Assembly: GCF_006345805.1 (NCBI RefSeq)
Contig: NC_043005.1
Coordinates: 12,152,001 to 12,216,000, forward strand
Length of the DNA: 64,000 nucleotides
Origin: Octopus sinensis
Lineage: Eukaryota
Reading direction: 5' to 3'
Shown: positions 55,858 to 64,000 of the stretch, piece by piece
Layout: the number at the start of each line of letters is the position of its first letter
Numbering within the stretch: position 1 is the stretch's first letter
Notes under the pieces: model-generated
What the model was told of the DNA's origin: nothing
The model's input: the letters and a program-made list of their open reading frames with translations, nothing else
Database searches by the model: none
Position numbers and translations under genes: made by a program

Positions 55858-56310
55858 TTCTAGGCACAAGCCCGCAATTTTGGGGGAGGGAGCGCAGTCG
55901 ATTATATCAACCCCAGTACACAACTGGTACTTAATTTATCAAGGTGGTGAGCTGGCAGAAACGATAGCACGCCGGGCGAAATGCTTAGCGGTATTTCGTC
56001 TGCGTTACGTTGTGAGTTCAAATTCCGCCGAGGTCGACTTTGCTTTTCATCCTTTCGGGGTCAATAAATTAAGTACCAGTTACGCACTCGGGTCGATGTA
56101 ATCGACTTAATACCTATGTCTGTCCTTGTTTATCCTCTCTGTGTTTAGCCCCTTGTGGGTAATAAAGAAATAGGTACTTAATGTATCGACCCCGAAAGGA
56201 TGAAAGGCAAAGTCGGCCTCGGCGGAATTTGAACTCAGAACATAAAGACAGACGAAATACCGCTAAGCATTTCGCCCGGCATGCAAACGTTTCTGCCAGC
56301 TCGTCGCCTT
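55858..56310. mobile_element. Nested family B SINEs: plus B1 copy (55941-56172) inside a minus B2 copy (56173-56310 and 55858-55940)
   Basis: 15-bp TSD GGTACTTAAT(T/G)TATC at 55926-55940 and 56173-56187. Confidence 0.9.
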
Positions 56311-56336
56311 TCTTCTTTTACATACTGTCTGCAGAG

Positions 56337-56763
56337 TCTCTCTTTTACTCTTACTCGTTTACTTGTTTCAGTCATTCGACTTTGGCCATGCTGGAGCACC
56401 GGCTTTTAGTCAAACAAATGTACCCCAGGACTTATTCATTGTAATCCTCTTACTTATTCTATCAGTCCCTTTTGCAGAACCGCTTGCTTACGGGGTCGTA
56501 AACATACCAGCATTGGTTGTCAAGTGATTTTTTTTTTGGGGGGGGCACAAACACAGACACACAAACACATACACACATACACACACACGCACACACATAT
56601 GTATATATATATATATACGACGGGCTACTTTCAGTTTCGGTCTACCAAATCCACTCACAAGGCTTCGTTCGGCTCGAGGCTATAGTTGAAGACACTTGTC
56701 CAAGGTGGAACACAGTGGGACTGAACCTAGAACTATGTGGTTCGTAAGTAAGCTACTTACCAC
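56337..56763 (-). mobile_element. SINE family A
   Basis: Near full length on the minus strand. Confidence 0.9.
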
Positions 56764-57475
56764 GACTGGAAAGATTTAGCTGTCGAAATGTTTCCCTGCA
56801 TCAGTAGACTAGCCGTTTGGGGGAGAATCATCTCAGCGGCATCCATATCACTTGTCTGAGAAGCTATTTGCGCATCGATACAATCATGATGAGTAAAGAC
56901 AAAAAAAGACAGTGTCGTGTACTTAGATACCTACATACTGACAATGGTAGTGTATTGAAGCTGACGACACTTACATGGTATTTTTTTAGTATTAGGTTTC
57001 TTTTTTACTACACTCCAATTTATATTTTGTGGTGGAAAGCAAGATGTATGTGTATGCATTTGTTTTCGCTTATCTCGAAGGCTCAGCTTCAAGTACATTT
57101 ACCAATTGGTTATAATTCTATGAATACCTTTCAACAGTGAGATTGTCAACATGAGAGGAGTGCACCAGAACCATCCACTTTCGTAGAAGTGATCTTATTG
57201 ATCCAAAATGTAGCTTTCAGTTGGCCTTTGAATTTCTTCTCGTGTTCTCTATCCAGGCCTTTCATCACGGGAAAAAGTGTGTGAATGCGCTTTAATGATG
57301 TTGGCTCGAGAGAAAGTAGCTTTGACGAGATGAAGTCACCATAGGCGATGAATCAACACAGCAGATACATGCGTTTCAAGTATACGCCAATTGATTGCCT
57401 CATACTTGAATTATAGCGTGGATTAAATATTGTTGATATTGCTGCATCAGAAGGTTTGAGGATGCACTTTTTCCT

Positions 57476-57893
57476 TTACTCTCTCTTTTTTTACTCTTTT
57501 TACTTGTTTCAGTCATTTGACTGCGGCCATGCTGGAGCACCACCTTTAGTCGAGCAAATCGACCCGGGACTTATTCTTTGTAAGCCCAGTACTTATTCTA
57601 TCGGTCTCTTTTGCCGAACCGCTAAGTGACGGGGACGTAAACACACCAGCATCGGTTGTCAAGCAATGCTAGGGAGACAAACACAGACACACAAACATAT
57701 ACACACACATACACATATATATCATATATCCGACATGCTTCTTTCAGTTTCCATCTACCAAATCCACTCACAAGGCATTGGTCGGCCCGGGGCTATAGCA
57801 GAAGACACTTGCCCAAGATGCCACGCAGTGGGACTGAACCCGGAACCATGTGGTTGGTTAGCAAGCTACTTACCACACAGCCACTCCTGCGCC
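57476..57893 (-). mobile_element. SINE family A, full length
   Basis: Near-consensus copy. Confidence 0.95.
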
Positions 57894-58521
57894 TTACTGT
57901 TTTCTTTTCTTTCATTTTTATTTCTGCAGCTGCGTGGTGATTGCAGCGATCTTCTAGTAATGTTACTGGAGGTTCAGAATCCATGTTTTGCATCAGTACA
58001 AGACGATGAAATCTAGATTGCTCGGTAGGTAAAGAGAATATCAGAAAAACAGCAATGTGTATTACGAAAAGGTCACTTTCTTAGGCATAGTGTTGCCGGG
58101 AAGGTTTGGGTTTCATCTTTCAGAGGTAATTTGATTTGTCGCTTATTTCACACAGTTGCGCTCGAGCAGAACAAATATAAAGGGTGCTGTATAAGAATCA
58201 ATCCTTCTTTTATTTTTTTCTGCTAGATCTAGTATGTTCTAATGCCATGCAGCAGTTGTTATTATAGTTGGTTATTAACTTCAGATCATCTGTGAACGAG
58301 CAAACCTCTAATATATATACATATATATCGTTTGGGGGTTTGGTTTGCAAGATTCTTTATATGAGTTCGTGTGTTGAAGTATATTCTGTTGTGTCTGGAG
58401 AGAGTAATTTTCTTTTTGTACCTTATAATGTAACACAATCACCGGTAAAATTTCCTCTTTTTTCTTATTTTTATTTTCCTAAAATTTTCGTTGGATCTTG
58501 CAACCTTTTCAATAGTTTTGA

Positions 58522-58559
<38 letters not shown>

Positions 58560-58617
58560 GCGTGTGTATGTGTGTCTTTGTGTATATACATACATACACA
58601 CATACATACACAAATAC

Positions 58618-58676
<59 letters not shown>

Positions 58677-58744
58677 ATATATATATTATATATATGTATA
58701 TATATATAGTCAATTGAAAAGTCAGAGAAAAAATAAGAAAATGA

Positions 58745-58920
58745 AAAAACCAACAGACGTGACAACGTAGCACAAGCGATGTATTAATATGACGCTTGGG
58801 AAAGAAGAGAGTGGTTTAACGTTTCGAGCATAGCTCTTCGTCGGAAACAGGGAAAATAGGAAAGTCCAAAGAGAAAGAAGGAAGAATGAGGAAAAATCGA
58901 CAAGTCTACGTGCGGTTACC
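58745..58920 (-). repeat. Penelope-like terminal repeat with minimal hammerhead-like motif (58814-58848)
   Basis: Minus strand GTTT-CCGACGA-A-GAGC-TAT-GCTC-GAAA-CG-TT-AAAC. Confidence 0.6.
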
Positions 58921-59624
58921 TTTCTAATATGTGTGTGTGTGTATGTGTGCGTGTGTGTGTATGTGTGTGTGTGTGTGTGTGTGTTTCATTTGCTTTGATG
59001 CATATATTTCAAGTATCATCATCACTTGAGCACATACGAAATTAATTGACGCAATCTTTTTTGCCTCTGTACATTGTTGTGCGGGGGTAGAAAAATGTCG
59101 CATGAACCATCGGAAGAATTTCATACAGGAGACAAACATAAAAAAAGAGAAATAGAAAAAGATAAGAGTGACAACAGTGTGAAATTATCTATGGAAGGGG
59201 AGGAACAATAACATTAAAGTAAAGATTCTAAATTAGTAAACAGATAATTAAATAATTGATTGAATAAGTATAGAGATAGGCAAGCAATCAGCTTTAGCTG
59301 AGAAGGAAAAGCGGGAAAGGAGGTGAAAGAAAATGAAAAGACGACAACTAAAATGGGATTAACCACCCTTGCTGATAAGATCATAAAGAACTGTTTCTCT
59401 TCTCCCTAGACAATAACATTAAAAAAACACATCTATTAGTTGATTATCCGGTATTAATTGTCAAGTAATAAAACTGAAGCAAGATAAAGTTATATTCCAA
59501 GAATAAGAAATGCTTTCAGTGAAGAAGAGTGAATGAAGTTTTGAGAGTGCTTCTCAGCAAGATGTGATGGTCCCCCCCACCTTTCCAACAAAGTTCGTCG
59601 TGAGTGATGTATCATATGGTTTGA

Positions 59625-59930
59625 GAAATCGCGTAGTTTTGTGGTTAGGGTGTTCGGTTAACGATCATAAGGTCATGAGGTCAATCCCCGGCAATCCGTT
59701 GTGTCCTTGTGCAGGACACTTTACTTCACGTTGCTCCAGTCCACTCAGCTGGCGAAAAATTAATAGTATCTGTATTTCTAAAGGTCCAGCCTTGTCACAT
59801 TCTGTGTCACGCTGCGTTAAGGGTACACATGTCTGTGGGTTGCTCAGCCAATTGCTACTTAATTTCACGAGCAGGCTGTTTCGCTGATAGGATCAACTGA
59901 AAGCCTCGTCGTCGTAACCGACAGTGCCAG
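59625..59930 (+). mobile_element. tRNA-derived SINE family D
   Basis: A-box-like TGTGGTTAGG, B-box-like GGTCAATCCC, then a GTGTCCTTG.GCAGGACACTT core-like segment. Second copy at 48525-48790. Confidence 0.75.
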
Positions 59931-60269
59931 TTATAATTTAATATTATTCAATATAATTTAATTAACCTTCAAAGTTGATCCTTCTTGGGACCTGACAAGC
60001 TGCATATTACGGAGACACACTATGTTAATTTACTAAGCCATACAGTACACTGCGGTGTGAAATCAAAAGAATTTTAACTGTACTATTCTTTCTGACCGTA
60101 CTGTGACTGGCTCCATTTGCTTCAGCTTGTAGTGACAATCTTTCATGCGGAGTACTAAAGAGGACTTTGAAGATGATGGAGTTTTATTTGCCGCATGATA
60201 GAGTATCATTTGCTATTATAGTAAAATAAGGGCCTATATTTATGAGAATTTGATAAACAGGGGAGGAAG

Positions 60270-60500
60270 AGGTTCAGAAGAATACACTCTTCGTTCACAC
60301 TGCTTGATATGGGGATGGTTAGAAGATAAATTTTGCGAAAAAATCTGGGAAAAGTCAATAAACTGAACGAAATCATTGAAAGAGAATACACACAAGTAAT
60401 AGACGAAATATTTCTTGATATTTCCGATTCCATTGTTTCGAAATGCCTGGACTCGATCGGTCGTAGGTTTGTAAACAGTCGTTCTAAAAAGAATTTTTAA
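60270..60500 (+). mobile_element. Decayed Tc1/mariner-superfamily transposase C-terminus
   Basis: WGWLEDKF then, after a frameshift, VNKLNEIIEREYTQV..ISDSIVSKCLDSIGRRF (compare WGYLKDKVY..C...G..F). No TIR pair found. Confidence 0.4.
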
Positions 60501-60601
60501 CTCTGTCAGTAGATACTAAGCCTTTAAAATAAAATGTATGTTAACGAACAGTGACTTCACAATCTTTGAATGTTGAGCGTATATGTGATTTGAAGACAGC
60601 T

Positions 60602-60653
<52 letters not shown>

Positions 60654-60654
60654 T

Positions 60655-60686
<32 letters not shown>

Positions 60687-60808
60687 GTGTGTGTGTGTAT
60701 AATATAGTGAAATATTTATCTCCTACGTGGTGAATTCTAGCGAAAAATAATTGAAAATGGGAAATGCAATATATATACATATATATATGTATATATATAT
60801 GTATATAT

Positions 60809-60855
<47 letters not shown>

Positions 60856-60862
60856 TATATAT

Positions 60863-60898
<36 letters not shown>

Positions 60899-61169
60899 AG
60901 TGTACATATAAATTATTTACATTGTCGACCGTTTTCGCATTTGCTAATCATGACTACGTGCTATCATAAGAAATTTTCGATTCATGTCCATAGGAGAAAA
61001 GTTATTTTGTAAATGAATCAGAAGGTAAATCATTTTTAGGAGAGGTAAATTGTGTCTGTTATTATTAGAAGAGGGGAGGTAATTACATATTTTTGAGAGG
61101 CGAACTGACTACTTAGATTGAGGTATTATAAATGTATGAATTAAAATATCCCCAACGTCCCAAATGAGT

Positions 61170-61490
61170 TGGGTTCATATTCATGCGCGGTTTGTATTCT
61201 TCGGTAAACCTAGACTATTTAATCGTTGTTGTATAGAAGTTGTTTTATTATAGTGGTAAATACGAGAAAGTGTGAAGTGTGGTTGGAGTCGCCCCGGACA
61301 TCTCTCAATGTGATCACTTAATCGTATTTTTTCTAGATCATGGGAAACGGATCTGTTTCTTATGCAGTGTTGTTCTCCGTCTGAGAGGCATTCTTCATTC
61401 ACCTATTACAATCGCATCCCAAATCCTGAAGAAGTAAGTTTTCGGATGCACAGGCAAAATCAGCCTTGACTACGAATAACTGTTCTTGTG
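61170..61490 (-). mobile_element. Decayed Penelope-type GIY-YIG endonuclease fragment
   Basis: Frameshifted CASENL..(Y)IGE..LRRRTTLHKKQIRFP..IRLSDHIERC resembles the PLE endonuclease. Confidence 0.55.
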
Positions 61491-63652
61491 TGTGTGTGTG
61501 TGTATCATGAAAATTTGTAATTGTTCAACATCAGTGGAATTTTAAGTAGGATGTTTGTATATTAATGACCATGCATACATATTATGCTACTTGGGAGAAC
61601 GCACCAGCGTCAGAATTTGGTGGAAACACGTAATACACCTAAAGATTCCTTTGAAAACCACCTTTTAAAATTCATGTTGTGGTGAGTCGGTCAATTTCTA
61701 CATTCCACTTTTGAATGTTTCCTTGTATTTTCCTTAGTCCAGAAGGCTCGTCGTACACTTCAACCTATTTCATCACGTTGAAATATTGTCTGCCTAGCGA
61801 GGGGTTGCTTGCAGTAACATTTCCTTCTCCTTTCTATATGACTCAGTTTATCGATAGCGTGGCTTCAAAGGCCATAACAACATTTGACATGATGGCTAAT
61901 GATTTTTAAGAATGTCTTGACACTACGAAAGGGAATCATTTGCAGAGTGCAGTGTGTTTGTAACCTGAAAGCTGAGGGGTTGCAGAAAATAAAATCGTAC
62001 AGCTCATCTCCGATTATAATGCAATCAAAGGGGGTTCAGAATGTATTACAATTCATATAAATTCTCTGTCTCTACAAGTATCATATGTATTTCTCGGCAG
62101 AATGTTAGTTCATAATACTTTGCATATTTATAAAATAGTCACCCGGGTTTTCTAGTATTTTACTAAAATTTCTATGACATATTACTTGTACTTAATACTT
62201 TAACATTCTACAAATATATAAAGTCATCTTCTAACTGAAATGGAGCATGGGATCGGTGTATGGGCGAATTAATTACAATTGCAAACAAAAATGCAATATT
62301 TAGATTACATTTCAAATTGGTTCTTCGCTTCAGAAAATATACGCCTGTAGAAAAATCATATTGCTTACTTAGTGTAGTGGCTACTCACGTTATCTTTATA
62401 TAAATGTCATATAAATTGATGTACTGCGGTTAATTAATATCTCGTAATTACCTGTTTACTAATTTCTGGTTTGATCAGAAGTAGCAATGTGAAGAAGTCA
62501 AAGATTTGTGAATAAACTTTTCCACGCCTTCTATCAAAGAAAAATAATAAATAGAGAAATAAAATGTAATTAGATATAAAATATTAAAAAATGTTTAATT
62601 AAACAAAATTTGTGATTAATTGATATATATTCAACATGATTTTAAAATACGTTTTTGGCTTATGATTTCAGATCATGTATACTAAAATATGGGATGAAAA
62701 GCAACGAAAGTTTATTTTAGAAATTTGCTGATGTAAAATGATGCATGAATGAGCTTTACAAATAACCAAAAAGAGAAAACTAGACAGGTGAACTCATCTT
62801 CGTTATGTGAGAAAAAGTGAAAGCCCAATGGAACAATAATAAAATCAACAAAGCTGGCAAAGCCTCTGAAGAAAATAGATACATATATATGCAATGATAA
62901 TGATAACAATTAAGAGTCATGGCAGGGATATTTTAATTAAATTTGAGTTGGTAGAAAGGCTACCTCATTCCATTATATTCAGTTACACAGTTCGAACTTC
63001 AGAAATCCACGTTGATTTCCTCTGTGATGTAATCGATAAGTTAGGTATCAATACTCAGTAATAAACCTGAATGAGTTTATTTTTAATTCACCCTTCCTAT
63101 GATACGGGGAATTCAATAGTCCATATAGAACTTCTCGAAAACCGATAGCATTGTGATAAGAGATGAATGAAATGAAATTAAGAATCTTTTGGCATCATAG
63201 ATATAATCCAGTCCATAGACATTTCTAAAGGCTGTGTACTATGCCTTAAAGGGAATAATTACATTTATGACTTCTCAAACATTCTCTGTCATATAAGATG
63301 GGAATACCTCAAATGAAAGTATTATATTGATGTGCCTTTGATCGTGACCTCATGCAACTATAAAGGACAAAAATATCAATGGACTTCAAAATATCATATG
63401 ACAGCGAATTTTATGTAATAGAAATAGTAAGAACAAAGAGGTTGTATTATTATACATACATACATACATATTCACATATATACATATATGCACATATATA
63501 TATATATGTCCTTACATATCTGTCATTGTGTACGTGCCTGTATGTGTGCATATGCAGGCATGAATCTATGTATGTCTGCATGTATGTACATGCGTACATG
63601 TTTCTATGTATGTACATATGCATTGTATAAGTTCATGTATATGCATATATAT

Positions 63653-63686
<34 letters not shown>

Positions 63687-63732
63687 ATATATACATACAT
63701 ACATACATATATATATTATATATACATATATA

Positions 63733-63768
<36 letters not shown>

Positions 63769-64000
63769 TTATACATATATATATACACATATATATATAT
63801 ATAATAATACATATATATGAAATTCATTTAGGCATTATATATATATATATATGTGCGTGTGAGTGTATGTGTGTTTGTGTGTGCGTGCGCATGCATGTTT
63901 GTGTGTGTGTGTGTTTGTGCGTGTGTGTGTGAATAAGTTTAAAAAAGAACATTCAGCATGCTTTGAAAGATGTACATAATTCGTTTGAGTAAGAAGCATA

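Noticed and set aside
56805-56830. Hammerhead-like CTGATGC..GAAAC on the minus strand
   Set aside because: A9 is substituted and stems I and II do not form.
57930-58024. Exon after a strong acceptor with a donor downstream
   Set aside because: Stops in all three frames. It could be terminal or non-coding, but nothing else supports it.

Overview
Very AT-rich, microsatellite-saturated eukaryotic DNA. The SINE families match those I recall from Octopus (coleoid cephalopod) genomes, but this is recognition, not a database hit. No intact protein-coding gene is recognisable, and almost all long ORFs in the track are microsatellite translations. The window holds transposon relics: about six SINE families; non-LTR fragments of five clades (CR1-like, Tx1, RTE, CRE, R4/Dong); Penelope-like pieces with hammerhead-like motifs; a probable solo LTR; a Helitron; a mariner; a piggyBac; and MITEs. 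The most notable structure is a SINE/LINE/microsatellite system. One SINE family ends in the 3' tail of a Tx1 LINE and another in the tail of a CR1-like LINE, and both LINEs are present in the window. Tx1 and Dong-like elements sit inside (TATC)n and (TAA)n tracts. A 4.1-kb fold-back composite encloses an RTE fragment with twin-priming-type inversion geometry. All alignments and counts were done by eye.
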